From: Rhynchobatus australiae
Taxonomy: Eukaryota
Reading direction: 5' to 3'
Assembly: GCA_034780895.1 (NCBI GenBank)
Contig: JAUZTB010000042.1
Location: 37,719,992 to 37,783,991, forward strand
DNA: 64,000 bases
The notes beneath the pieces were generated by a model that saw only the letters and a program-made list of their open reading frames with translations, made no database searches and was not told the origin of the DNA. The number at the start of each line of letters is the position of its first letter. The first letter of the stretch is position 1. Positions 12,201 through 27,200 of the stretch are shown here, piece by piece. The translations under genes were made by a program, and so were the position numbers.

Positions 12201-15200
12201 NNNNNNNNNNNNNNNNNNNNNNNNNNNNNNNNNNNNNNNNNNNNNNNNNNNNNNNNNNNNNNNNNNNNNNNNNNNNNNNNNNNNNNNNNNNNNNNNNNNN
12301 NNNNNNNNNNNNNNNNNNNNNNNNNNNNNNNNNNNNNNCGATGATAATATGGCTTTGAAATTCTATTGTAACACAATGTGCATGCTTTGAGATACAGGTT
12401 CGATTTAAGCTGCTTCTGGATCCTGCATGCATGGCACACTATGGCACAGAGGCATCCAATCGCAGAGGTAATTTTTTTTTCCTTAGAAAATTCACTTGAG
12501 CATGCAAAGCCTGCTTATGGCATACCTTCAAAACAAATGGTACAAACATTTTTTAAAGAGTATGCACCAAATGATAGCATGCAAGCACAATGCTTACAAA
12601 GAATATTTCTTGACACCAAGGTCCTTCTTCATGAAAACAGTTGTAATTAAGATGATATTCAGACTTTCCATCTCGTAAAAGCAAGCAAATGTAGTTCAAA
12701 ATATATATCATTAAGCTATATACAACAAATAAGGAAAATGAAACAAAAAAACTTACAGACTGTGTAAACTGGATAGTCCTCCAAAGGCACCATCAGCAAT
12801 GTAACTCACTTGGTTATTTCCTATATATAACTGGCCAAGCAGGCTCAGACCAACAAAGCTGGAATCCTCTAGACGTGTTAGCTCATTGAATGAGACATCC
12901 CTGTCAATGGGAAATAAAATAAATTTAGCATTTCATACAGAAGGTAAAATGACTATTGCAAAATTCATACCCAGTATACTTAAGTAATCGAAAATCCCAC
13001 TTTTCCCCAGTCTGTAAGTTTATCTAGAGACAGTTTATAGTACAAAAACTAGGTATAAACAGGTTGGATTTCTGATCCAGTCATTCAGCAAGACAGCATG
13101 GAGAATCTGGTGTGGCCAGGGTTATAGTTGATTGATATTTGATGGCCATCAAGAGCAAGATACATCTCGACCCCGGTACAGATGTTTCATGCTTATGGGG
13201 AGACTTCCTCATCACTCCATCCAGTATTCAAATAACCTGCAGATAATTATTGTCCCAGGTCATTAAATGACAGCAAGTTATAGAATTCCTTCAGAAGAGA
13301 ACTCAGAATATGGCTGATAGACACTGCAATGTTTAGAAGTCCCAGCAATATCTAATTGACCAAATTAAGATTGATTTCTTTAAATCTCAGTTTAACTACA
13401 AGGGCTCAAGCTTAGACTGCAGCTGTACACTAGGGTCTGTTTTGTACTGTAGTAGCAGTGAGCCAGAAAGCCTGACTTTTGCTTAAAGCCCATTGCTAGA
13501 ATATATTCTAAATTGCCCCTGCAGGTTTCATTCATTCCTGCTCAGTGGAACCAGAAAGCTGCTTTTATTTGCTGCATTAAATTAGATCCAGTCACCTTTA
13601 TACTATTGAATCAGTATCATATAGCAGGGCCACAGACTTGTAGACCCAGTTTTACCAGCTCCTGGAATCCAAATTAAAAATGTGTGCATATTAAGGTGAC
13701 AGTTCATTTCCAGGCAGAGTGGGAAAGCCACCCCAATTATCAAAGTGGGAATATTAGAAGTGAAGCAAAGCATTATTATGGAGAGGTGTACAAGATGGAT
13801 CAATGGTCATTCTGCACCTCGAGTTAGTAATCTTTGCACTATTGACATTTGATAAGAATTGGTAACAACATTTTACTGTACTTCTCCCACTAGGACAGAG
13901 AAGTACGAAGGTGGTGTAGGCTGCTAAGTGATGACCACACCTGAAGACTTGCTCAAAATGAACAGCCGTGGAAATCCCAAACTGGCAACCTGTAGAGTTC
14001 TGGGGGTCACATGGCTCTGGTGAGTGAAAGCATCAACTGAATGCTTCTCTGGCGATGACTTACTTCATGCCACAAAAGTCTGTTGGAGTTCATACCCAAA
14101 AAGGGCTAAGGATTTTCCTGAGTTCTCCCTCTCTTGCATACAGAGCTAATCTAGTACATTTTAAAAAGCAAATAGTCAACAACCATCAGCAACACTTGTT
14201 CTCAAATCTGTGCACTTTAGAGCTTCTATCTTGAGGAGGTCACTGTTATTGCGACTAAAAAATTATCCAGCTTCTTGATACTTCTTACCAAAGACCACAA
14301 GTTAAGCAATGTTACTGAAAATAAGTAAATTGACCTTACAAACTCTACCAACATATCAGTAAAATCCTTCGAGGTGCTTTGCAGCCAAATGTAGACAACT
14401 ATACAGGAGCACAGTTCCATAAAAAGCAAAAAGAGACAAATTTGCTTTTGATGGTATTGGTTGATGGTTGATGGTTGACCATGAAATTAGGAAAATTCCT
14501 GTTTCCCTTAATGCTGCTATGCATGTGAGCAGGCAGGCAGAGCTTCACTAAGTGCAAGGTACAAACCACTGCATGATTTGTATGTTTTTTAGCTAGATTC
14601 CTAGATGTTTTCTAAATCACAGGGTATTAAATTACCAACAAATCTCATTTGAGAAGACAGCTCCAAAATTAAAAACAACAAATCTCACCCACCACAGAAC
14701 CAACGAGTCATTTGTGGTTTTGAAAGAAATCTTGCATCTCATAAGAAACACTGCTTTGGTCATCCTCAAAATCTTTATATAAAAGAAATCCCAATCACAA
14801 AGCTAACATTTTGGCATTATGTGCACAAAGAAACTGGAATGGAATAAAAGGTACTCACAGCTCACTGAGTTTTTGGCAGAATTCCCAGGCATCTGGGTTG
14901 ATCTTGCTGATGGCATTCTGGCTGAGATTAAGTTGCTGCAACATCAGCAAGCCATATAACCATCCTTTCGTTACTTCTGTCAAATTGTTAAAATCCAGTT
15001 GTCTGGAAAAAAATTAGTAAGAAAAAAATATTAGTTTGCATTAGCCCAAAAGAGGTTTTATTGGTCTTTTACCCGTTTGTCAAGCAGTTAAAAAGCAATT
15101 TAAACACTGAGGCCATGTGGCTGGACTCTTTGGAATGAAAGTCAACTGCCAAAGCTGCGAGGCCAAAAAGGTAGAAAGCAGCTCATTTTACAAACAAGTT

Positions 15201-18200
15201 TTTACATATTTTGCTGAACCAAGAACTTCTTTGTTTAAAGCAAAACTTTGGTTAAAACTATAGTGAAGCCATCTATAGCTTGTGAACATCCAAACAAAAT
15301 TGTTCACTACATCTAAAGATTTAGAAATTAGTTCTATTTTGGGCTATGTTATTATTCATATACAAAGATTAAATAATTAAAAACAGTTCTCACAAGATCT
15401 CGATGTTGCTCAGTCCCCAGAAAGCTCCATCCATGAGCTTACTAATACCATTTCTTTGCAATCTAAGAGATTTCAAAGCACTAAGTCCTTGAAATGCAAG
15501 GCCATCAACTTTTTTAATTTTGTTGCGGCTGAGTTCCCTGCAGCAAGACAATAAAGAAATATTGATCTTACAGCACAACTATTTCTACTTTAAAGAAAAC
15601 TAAGTAGGGGGAGGGGTTTGAAAGGGTTGTTGCAGGAAAAGGACCATACAGTTAAATTAAAAAAAATTTGAAATTTAGTACCTTTTCTAACTTTGGTACA
15701 AAATGAACTTACAAGTGCTGGAGATGTGGTAGTTTAAACATCTTGGAAGGAATAGCTGAAATTTTGTTCCTGTTCAGTTTCAAAACTTGTAGAGTATTGG
15801 AAAGATTGTCAAAGCAACCAGGATCCAGAGAAGTTATTTTGTTATTGTTGATATACCTAAACAACATCACACTTTTGGTTACATAGCTGTAATTATTTCC
15901 AAGAGGCATTTATAGCACTGTTTATTGAACAAATCTAATCTTATTTCTGAATATGGCCAATGGCTCTCTACCTATCCATTCTCAAAATCCAGCCTTTTAG
16001 GCAAGGCAACGATCAAACAGCCCAGCATCCTTGAGTGCATATCTGTATCCTGCTTAAATGGAAGAGCATCCTTAAAAAACTTAGTTTTCTGTTAAATATT
16101 AATTTCAACAAAACTACATTAGAAATACAGCTTTTTAAATATAAAAAAACTCAAAAGGAGCCATGACCAAGCCCTTGTTATCTGCTCTCCTGTAACTTTA
16201 ATGCCCTTCAGTCCTGCTTAAAACCCTCTAATCTATACTCTCAATCATGCAATCTGGTGTGGCCTCTACCAAAGCATTCCTTGAAAACTACCCCTCCTAA
16301 TCTCCATCTTTCTGATATTGTGTTAACAACAGAAAGAAACTCAGGATATTATCTACATTAAATACACAATATACATAATAAATTCACATTGTAATTGTCA
16401 TTACAGGTGCTAGAGGAATCTCAGTGCAGTAACTTTTCTTCCAAAAGAAAAGTTAGGAAAATCAATTGATTTACAAGCTGAAAAGCTACTAGAGAAACAT
16501 GTGTCATTGTGAAAACATACTCCCTCTATACTCAAATTTTTTCTGCTCAAAGAGCTACCTCTGTGCTTAAGTTGAACTTCTACAGCCTGGCCAGAGCATA
16601 CATTTCAAATTATCCCAATATACTTACAGATATCGAAGTTGTAGAGGAGGAAACTTTGTCAATTCAAAAATCTGGTTGTTACTGAGATCAAGTGTTTCCA
16701 TGGATTGAAATGGCATCAGCTGTTCAGATAGCACTTCAACAATTTTGTTATTAGATCTGCAGAGGAAAACAAACAATTGGGCAAAAACCCTTATGGAGAT
16801 GGAACTTCTGAAATAAAACAAAGAACCATTCTTAAGATGCATACATAAAATATCAATGCATAATTTTAAGATCAACACATAACCTTTCCTATCAGGGGCT
16901 GCAGAAAAATAATTTCAAAGATTTTAATCTAAGTTTTAAATAAACTGTAATAGTGCCCAGAGGAAACAAAATGTTTGCAATACATGATCCAAATAACAAT
17001 GCAAGTTCTTAGCACGTAACGTTAAAGATGTTTAACATGGAACTGGTCACTCAAGCAGTGTTAAGATAGAATGCTTTATAAAAGCATTAGCCTTTGAAAG
17101 GTAAGTTGTTAACATTGCACAGGCAATAGTCCAAATAAACTAGTGTAAAATTCCAAATTGAAACTGTTTGAAAATGAAGTGATTTTATCTGAAGCTCATT
17201 TTGAACCACATTCAGCAACAGGCATTATGTATGCTGCTCACTTGTTCTTCGAGCGTGCAATAATGTGCACACATCAGGGTTGAATTTTACTTTGCACTGT
17301 ACAGTACATTTGTAGATCGATCTTAAGTCCTTGCCAAATTCATTAGACTTGACACTTGCCCTTAAATACAACAACATTTGAATCCCAATCAATGATGTAA
17401 ATTAGAAAGTCTAATATGATGTCAAAGACATCTTCATATAGTGCATATTATACTGTTTGTGCTCACATACCCAGGTCAGCAGTTTCAAGGTTTTTGATGC
17501 AGAGGTGCAAAATTTGAATAACTATTCCACTGCAGTTATGAGAGTGTGCTATGTTGTCAGAGATGTTGTCTTTTAGATGAGCCAATGAAGCAATGCTTCA
17601 CCAGCCTCTTAGTTGGATATTGTAAATAGCTTGGGGAAGAGTGAGGCATTCCCTCCCTCGTGCTCTGGGAAGAGCAGGGCATTTCATCCCTTTGTGTCAC
17701 AGGGAAAGTCAGATGTTTCCCTTCCCCCTGCCCCCCCATGCCCCCCCCCCAGAAGAGTAGATCATCCTCTCCTTATGCCTTGCAGAGAGCAGGTGCCTCC
17801 CTCCAAGTGTCCTCAGAATTGTTTTTCCTTTTACCAAAATCACTGAAGTGGCTCTGATCTTATCATTTTGCTTTGTGGGATCTTGCTGTGACAATATTGG
17901 CCACTGTGTTTTCTATATTATAATATTGACCACTTGTTTCAACAATACTTTAATTGCATGTAATGTATATTGATTGTCACAGAGTCGTACAGCACGGAAG
18001 CAGGCCCTACTCACCCATTTGCTCCCTTCTGATTCGTGGGGTCCTGGTTCCCGCATTCCCATCCACTCATCACAGCCCTGTCTTCCTGCGCTCCCTTCCA
18101 CTCATCAGGGCTCCAGGTTACTGCGCTCCCTTTTCACTCACTGGGGTCCTGGGTTCCCATGCTCTCTTCCCACTGACCCAGGACCTGTCTCCCACCTTCC

Positions 18201-21200
18201 CTTTAAACTTACCCAGGGAAATTTATTTTAATATTGTGTGACACCTAAATAAACATGAATTAAAATGTGTTGAGGTATTAATAGGGATAACATCTAATAA
18301 TCAGGAAAACTTGCTAATTCAGCTGGACTATTCAAGTTTTGTAATGGAAACATTGGAGTTCCTTCTGCCATTTTACAGCTAACGTATTGACCTACCTTTG
18401 CTCCTATTCCCTTGATTTTTGCCGTGCAGCAAAAAATGAAGCTATTAATGTTACTTTCTTTGCTAGACTAATTCTTAAAATTACATATTTTTGTCTTAAA
18501 ATCTAAGAATATCACAAACCATGCTCTGAGGTTTCCAACAATTTCCTTGGTTCAATTTGCACAAAAACAACCACGTCTCAGCATTTCAAGGGCAAATTAC
18601 AGCAAATCAAAGCCAAGTTTTCACCACCTTTTGCACATATTTAAAAAATCTTCTCAATAGCCACCTCATCCCACCCCAAAGCTAACCATGCTCAAAAATC
18701 AANNNNNNNNNNNNNNNNNNNNNNNNNNNNNNNNNNNNNNNNNNNNNNNNNNNNNNNNNNNNNNNNNNNNNNNNNNNNNNNNNNNNNNNNNNNNNNNNNN
18801 NNCCCCACATTTAAATACAGGCAATTAGAAGTATACTCATGCCTTACTGCAGGCAAAGTAGTGTAGCAGTTAGCGTAATGTTTTACAGCGCCAGCAACCT
18901 GGGTTCAATTCCGGCCACTGTCTAAGGAGTTTGTACGTTTTCCCCGTGTCTGCGTGGGTTTCCTCCAGGTGCTCCAGTTTCCTCCCACATTCCAGAGACA
19001 CAGTTTAGGAAGCTGTGGGCATGCTATATTGATACTGGAAGCATGGCAACACTTGCAAGCTGCCCCCAGAACAATAGACCAAAAAATGCATTTCACTGTT
19101 TTGATGTACGTGATTAATAAAGACATCTTATGTTATCTAATGGTGGATCCAAGCCATTTATGACTAGTCATAGGAGCAATAAATCTAGTCCTTGTAATCT
19201 GCTCTCCCGTAACTTCATTACCCTCCAGCATCATGCAGTAGATAACCTGCATTCCAGTGCAGTTACCAGTTCTGACAACTTTTGGGGTGTCTTCATCTTG
19301 TTGAGCAATGCACAGTACACACTTCATCCAGCTGTCCCTCAGAATTACAACATTGCTATGTGGAAAGATACTATTCGCATTGCTGAGGTTCCCACCCGAC
19401 TCAGATAGCAGACAGCACAGAGAAGACCCCAAGACGCAGCAGTGAAGTATGCAAGGAGTCAGAAATAATACACTGTGAATCCACCAGAGGGGTAGAATTA
19501 AAAATAGATTTCGAAACAGATACAAACAGATACTCAAAACTGATGTTTTTTAGACAAGCAGTGTGAAGTTTCCACTGGTTATTGAGTCAATAACCAAAAT
19601 GAAAGAGGACTGCAGATGGATTAATAGAAATGTCATTTTGTGCATTGGAAGTCTCAATAGATTAAAATGATCCTTCATCTAAATTTACTATAATTTGATG
19701 CTACTGAGCCAGAGAAAACATTAATGGGCTTCCTTAAAACCTCCTACCGAATGACCAATTCTATAGCGTATACTCTACTTCACATCAAAAATCTAAAACT
19801 GGCAAGTTTATGGATGTTTAACTTTCCAACCTGTGGTATATTTAAATGGAGTCTATGTACGGTAAGAAGCGTAACAATGGCAATATATTCAGTAAACTGT
19901 AGTTTCAATATAGTTCCATGCTTTATTCAGCTCTACTCGTAAGAATTAGCTTCATTAACTTGTCATTTCCATGACAGTATATTATTTTACATATACAGAT
20001 AGTTGCTTTAAATTTCAAGATTCTGCTATGCCAATATGTTAACATTATTTTCCTTCACATTAACATTTTGATAAATTAACCACACTCATGATTATGAATA
20101 TCTGATACCTCAATCCTTTGTAGAAAGCAAAGCTCCTCCATCTGATACAACTGACAACCCAAATGAGACTTAAGTTTTGAGGTAAGATGTTGTTAGTCAC
20201 ATGTACATTGAAACACAGTGAAATGCATCTTTTGTGTAGTGCACTCTGGAGGCAACCCACAAATGTCACCATGCTTCCAGCACTAATGTAGCATGCCACA
20301 ACTTCCTAACCTATGCGCCTTTGGAACATGGGAGGAAACTGGAGCACCCAGAGGAAACCCACGCAGACATGGCAAACTCCTTACAGACCAAGGCTGAAAT
20401 TGAACCCAGGTTGCAATAGTGTTACGTGAACTGCTATACTACCATGCCTGGTGTTACATTGTTACAATACAAATTACATACAATCAATATGCCAACAATC
20501 CACAAAAAGTATGTTTCAGGCTATAACTACTACAACCAAAAGTGATTACAATACTGCTACATGGTACAGCCTAGAATATATTTCTAATTTCACACCCTGG
20601 TCTTCATTAAATCACCCCAGCTCAAAGCAGTGAAGTTTGCTTTGCTGTTGAGCTAGGAAGAGCAAAGATACATTTGCTTCATCTTGATCCCCTGCCAGCA
20701 ATTCTGCTACAAGAATCATTGTGGAGAGTGTGCTTGGCTTTTATGGCAGAACAATATTATGCACCCCATTTACATGATAACCCATGAAACTGCATTGTCA
20801 CACAAGTTACCTTTGTGAGAAGCACTGGAAGAGGGTGAAATAACAATGGGTGAGCAAGTTAATGGATTATTTTAACCAACTATATTATAGAATTCCAACA
20901 TTTACAAAGAATAGGAGCCAATTTAGTCCATTACATGTATGCTGCTCTGTGAAGCAGTGCTCAAATTTAGTTGTACATCACAATAACACTGCAAATTAGG
21001 CCCGAAAACTAGGTCAGAAAACACCCAATTGCTTTTGATCAGTTCTATTCAAATCTATGCAATAGATACTTCTGGTAGCCCAAATGAATACTTTGCGTCA
21101 GTATTCACCAGGGAGAAGGACGGGATGGATGAAGAGTTAGAGGTGGTGTATGCCGGTAGTCTCAACATGTGTGCATCAGGAAAAGGGGTGTGTTAGAGAT

Positions 21201-24200
21201 ATTGACACATATTAAGGTGGACAAATCCCAGGGCCTGATGAGGAGTCTTGTGTCAATAGCAGGAAAACTGGAAAAAAAATTCCTAGGAATAGGATTTATG
21301 ATCAATTGGAAGTGAGGAACTGATTACTGGGAGTCAGCATGGGAAATCCTGCCTCACAAATCTGACTGAAGTTTTTTTTTAATTGCATTACTAAAAAAAT
21401 TGATGAAGGCAAGACAGTAGGCATGATATACATGGGTCTTAGCAAGGTTTTTGACAAAGTCCTCGTGGTAGGCTGGTCCAAGTTGTTTTGGCAAACTGGA
21501 TCCAAAATTGGCTAGGTGAGAGGAGGTAGAGGATATTGGTGGAGGGTTGTTTTACTGCAAGTCAGTAACCTGTGGCAGATTGCAAGGAGTGGTGCTTAGA
21601 CCTTCATAGTTTGTCATATTTTATTTCCATGGGAACATCTATGGTCTAATAAGTTATTTTTCTGATTACATGAAGATTGGAGTTGCCTGAAGGGATAAAG
21701 ATCCGCTGGAAAATTGGGCAAAGGTGGCAGATGGAATTTAATCCAGGCAAGGTGTAATGTATTTTGGGCCATCTAATGTAGGTAGGACATGTACATCATA
21801 AATGGCAGAGACCTTGGAAGCATTTATGTACAGAATGCAAGTTTATAGCTCCCTGAAAATGGTAACACAGCTGAATAAGGTAGCAGCAGCAGCATTTAGC
21901 TTTTTTTACCTTCCCAGGGAGGGGCACTGAGTATAAGAATTGGGATGTCATATTGCAGTTGTACAAAACATCAGTTAGGCCACACTTGGACTACTGTGTG
22001 GAGTTCTGGTCACTGCACTATAGAAAGGATGTGTTAGCACAAGAAAAATTGCAAGAGAGATTCACCAGGAAATTATAGAGGCATAGATAGGGTAGATAGT
22101 CAGTCTTTCCTTCCAACCCATCACAGGGGAGGAGTGTCAAGTACTAGAGGGCAATGATTTGAGGTGAGAATGGGAAAATTTAAGGAGATTAATGAGGCAA
22201 GTTTTTTTTAAATTTTTTTTTAGAAACACAATGGTAGGTGCCTGGAATTCACTGCCAGGGAGATGGTGGAAGCAAATATGATAGCATTGTTTGACAGGCT
22301 TTTAGACAGGAACATGAACAGTAGAGAATAGAGGGATATAGATCACATGCAAGTAGATGTGTAATTCAGATAGGTTTCAGGGTTTGCACAGACATCATGG
22401 GCCAAAAGGTTTGTTCCTGTGTTGTGTGTACTATTCTATTTTATCATCCATCTTCAAGTTTAACATGGTGTCAGCAGCACCATTTTTGTTGTGCAGTTGT
22501 AATGATGTGTCACAATTATTATGTATACAGCTCAACTGTTTTAGAAAATGCGATACAAATCGCTTTACAAGACAAGCAGTTAATCTGTCAAGGTTACTCT
22601 TCACTGGTGTCTACTCAGAACATGCACAAATGCCAATGTTTGGGGTACAGGGCGGTGGAAGGTAATAGAGTGCCATCATTACTTATTGAATTCAGAAGAG
22701 TAGTCTTCAGTGCCATTTCATAACTAGGCTTTGTACTGCACTTCAAATAGTTGATAACTATTGAATGGGCAATATAAGAGTCCAAATAAACTTGACAATC
22801 TACAATGCATGTCAAAACCAAAGTAGTGTCAAGAGCAAAGTCCAATTCCTGTGTTACAAACTGTAAAAAACCATTAGTTATTTTACATTAATAAGAGATA
22901 AAATGGATTAACCAGATCCACAACTTAATGTAGAATCAAAACAAAAATCATGGACTATGCTTCAATTGCGTATCTCGCAACACCTTCATTTTTCTACTTT
23001 CAAAAACTTCTTCCAAGTGCTTAATCATATCCTAGTTTGCAGATACAATCAAATCTTACTGCCTCCTTTCATAGTCCATTCCATATAATCAATATTTTTG
23101 GAAAAAATGTGCAAAATAGTTAGTTGTGCTTAAAGGGGTAAATAACCTAAACCAGATGCAATTTGGTGTATGGGTATAAGGGTGCAATGCAACTGCCATG
23201 GCTACCAAAGCAAGGTTTCTACCCACACGAGTATAGATGCAGTTGCACAAAATCTCACTGGCGAAGCCTCATCCATGTGTAACTTTTCATTAGACAATGT
23301 TTTGATCTAGGCATGAAAAATTTGGCATTTTGGAATAGAGAACTCAAGGGGACCTTCCCCAACTACCAGCCCCCCACCACAAAGCATATAGACTTGTTGT
23401 CATTAAGTGCTCCAGATTTTAATAGAACACTGCCTTTAAACAGTTATGCTACAGCTAAAGATTAGATGCAGCTCTAAAAATGGTATTTATCAAGGTACAC
23501 AGACAAAATGATAAAAAAGTGACATTATGCCCAAATGCTTTTGGAGAATAACAAAACTTTAGTACAACATGATAAATTGCTGCTATAGTTTTATAATTAT
23601 TTCAAACAAAAATCTGTAATTGGAAATATAGAGCAAGTTTAGGGAGCTAGGCAGAAGACTGAGGAATGAGACCTCAAGGGTAACAATCTCAGGATTGCTG
23701 CAGGTGCCATGCGATAGCGAAGGCAGAAACAGGAGGTGGTGGCAGTTAATGCGTGGCTGAAAAGAAGGGGATGGGGAAAAAGTTAGATCAAACAGGTAGA
23801 GAGGCTTTGGGGAAGAAGAATACAGGCTATAAAAGTAGTAAGGTGGATGGACTGAAGTGCATTTACATAAATGCAAGAAGCATCAGGAATAAGAGAGATG
23901 AACTGAGGGCTTGGATAAGTTTGGGGGACTATGATATTATGGCTGTTACAGAGACGTGGCTGACGTCAGGGCAGGAGTGGATATTGAATATTCCTGGTTT
24001 TTGGTGTTTTAAAAGGGATAGGGAAGGGGGGAGAATAGGAGGGGTGGCGATACTGGTCAGGGACACTNNNNNNNNNNNNNNNNNNNNNNNNNNNNNNNNN
24101 NNNNNNNNNNNNNNNNNNNNNNNNNNNNNNNNNNNNNNNNNNNNNNNNNNNNNNNNNNNNNNNNNNNAATGCGCTGCCTGGGGTGGTGGTGGAGGCAGAT

Positions 24201-27200
24201 ACGTTGGACAGGTTCAACAGATTGTTGGATAGGCATATGGAGGAATATGGGATAGAGGGATATGTGGGAGGAAAGGGTTGGATAGTGTGAGGTGTGGTTT
24301 GATGGACGGCACAACATGGTGGGCTGAAGGGCCTGTATTGTTCTATAGTTCTATGGAAATAATTTCATAAGCTTCCTAATCAAAATAGGGGTAAGACTTA
24401 TTTTAGTACTCTTGTTTGGGGAAAAGAAAACAGAAGTCTCATCGAACACGAGATTATCCTGGGCTCGGTAACAACACTCTGAAGATATGGCAGAAGTTAC
24501 TCTTTTCTCAGTTACTTCACAGAAGCAGCACTTGGTAGTTTAGATGCAAGATTTCACCTTTTACTTCAGAAAGTTCACAGTATTAAATGCATCCAAGCAG
24601 AAATGTCAACAAACTATTTCTCAATTCTGCTGAACTCTGAAAATGCCAATTATTAATAAAAACAAGATTAGAAATTCTTAAGGTTTATTTTCCTTGCATA
24701 AATGAATCTTAACTAAAACCAAAATGCTAATTGCAATCAGATCTTGGTGTACACACATCTGGATATACAACCCTGGTTCTCTGCAGGTCTGACATATGGT
24801 GGTTGCCACACATGCTTAGTTAAGTCAAATGGCAAGCAGCAGATATTTTGACATCACTTGCACAAAATTTCTTTGTGCATTCTAGACCTGTGAACACCAT
24901 GGACCACCCAGATCAAAGCAGACACAATTATAACATTGCAGGAAGGTATGCTTTCAAATCCATGAAGTTTGCTGTCCTCCTTGACAACTTGCATGAGGTT
25001 AGCAACCCCCTACAACTCCTGGGCAGCACTGTGGTGCAATGAGAAGCCCTGCTACCTCAGTTCTAATGACCCAGTTTCAAACTGACCTCAGACCTTAGTG
25101 AAGTTTGCACATTCTCCCTGCAATTGTGTGGGTTTCCTTCAGGTCTTCCTGTTTCTTCCCACATCTCAAAGATTAATGTAGGTTAATTAGCCACTGTTTA
25201 CCTATGCACTTGGGGCAATTTACAGAGTCTAGAAGTGAATGGAAATGGGAGGAGAATGAAATGGGTTAGGGGAGGATTAGTGTAACTGGGTGTTTGATAG
25301 CTATCACAGATTCACTCAATGATAGGGCCTGTTTCCACGCACCACCACCTGCCCTCCCAACACTCTTTCTATAACTATGACTTCAGCTCCCAGATGCCCC
25401 TTCCCTGAAGACAATTCTATTCCCAAAGCCTCCAATCCCAGGCCCAAGCCTCCTTATTGGTCCCCAACCACTAATCCGTTGCCTACTTAACTTTATCCAT
25501 CTGCTCCCCCAGTGCAGAACTGGCAGAAAAAAAGTCTGTTCTAATCATACACAATGCTCAGGGCAGGTCACGGAGTTAGACTCTCAGCGAAGGTTGGTGG
25601 AGAGAGCTGAATACTCAAAACAGGAATGGACCTACCATCAATACCATGGTGAAATGCAGTAACAACTAGCATGCAAGATCTAGTTCAGCAAGATCTTCCT
25701 GTCAATGATTCAATGAACCATAAAGTGAAATACGATCATCAGTGATTACTCATTTATATTTTATTAAAAATCCCTTAGGTTTCTATGACTGAACCAACAT
25801 TTATGGTATCAACATTGGTACCAAATGCCTAAAACTTCAAGTCTGCTGAACACTTGCAGCACAGGAAATTATGTAATAATGCAATTTAAACCAAAAAATA
25901 TCTACACACTGAAAAGGAGCTTTTCTTTTTCTCTATACATTTTATTTACACCCATTTTGAAAGTTATATTGGACTTGAAAAGAATGCAGTATAGATTAAT
26001 CAGAATGATACACGGACTCCCAGGGTTAAATTACAAAGGGAGGTAAATTTAGAAAGTTACAGGATACTTTGAAGCTTTCAAGACATTAAAGAGAACTGAT
26101 AGGACAGACAAAAAGAAATTACTACACTAGGTTGAGAAATCTAGAATTAGGGGCAGTGCCTATAATTCTAAGTTGAGACTTTTTAGGGCTGAAGTTAGGA
26201 ATCAATAGTATATGCAGAGGATGGTAGAAATGTTGAAATCTTCTGCAAATGGCAATTGAAAGTCAATTGGTCATTTAAAAACCTGAAATTCCTAAGATTT
26301 TTTCCAGTGAAAGTATTAAAGTTTGAAGAAAAAGCAAGGTACATGGTACTAGATCACAAATCAGCTGTGACCTTGTTAAACAATAATAGATCGCAGTTAA
26401 CTGTTCTATCACCATCATTCTTCACCAACACTACTTAGAATCCCAGTACACCACTTTTAAGACTGCAATCCTCAATTTTAAATCTTCCACAAATACATGA
26501 TTTAAGAAATGACTTCTGCCCTATTCCAACTCTGGACTGTGAGCAAAGTCCAACAATCCATCAAAAAAAACCCAATCACTACATTTCTACTCTATGGAAA
26601 TTATTTCCCAAAACAATCTGAACTGACCACCACTCAAGTATCTTCTGGAAAATTCATCAAGTCTCCAACCTTTAAAGCTTTTACNNNNNNNNNNNNNNNN
26701 NNNNNNNNNNNNNNNNNNNNNNNNNATAAAAGCTATAGAATGCAAATTGTTCTATAGATTATATACTCTGCCAAAAGAAGTAGATTAGTTAATACAAATA
26801 AAGCCACATTTGCAGACTTGCTTCACTACAAGTCATTTTATTTTGCATAAGCCCCGTGTAAAACAAAAAAAACAGGCATGTTGCATGACCTGCAAAAGAG
26901 GGGGGAAAATGGAACAATTCTTCCATAATACATGGAGTCCAGTACAACTGTGAACCACTTGCCCTTTTGATCCAACATGATAACTAAAATTAGTTTTACC
27001 TGGATCCTTAAGACAAATCAAATGCAACTAAGAGGTCCATTAGATTAATCCCTAGAATGAGAGTTGTCCTATCACAAGTGGCTAACAAGGTTAGTTCTAT
27101 CAACTTTGGAGTTTAGAAGAATGAGGGGTGATCTTATTGAAAGATACAAGTCCTAAGGGGGCTTGACAGGGTAGTTATTGGGGTGTTTGCATGAATGGGA

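Noticed and set aside
11841-12439. Long ORFs made mostly of X (also near 5449, 32199, 33657, 50526, 52098)
   Set aside because: Artefacts of translating through N gaps.
18852-18925. tRNA gene (A/B box-like; also 54875-54930)
   Set aside because: These are SINE heads followed by V or Deu domains, with no complete cloverleaf.
19133-19537. 134-aa minus-strand ORF in intron 3
   Set aside because: Non-ATG start, no recognisable domain or splice context, and composition typical of non-coding or decayed repeat sequence.
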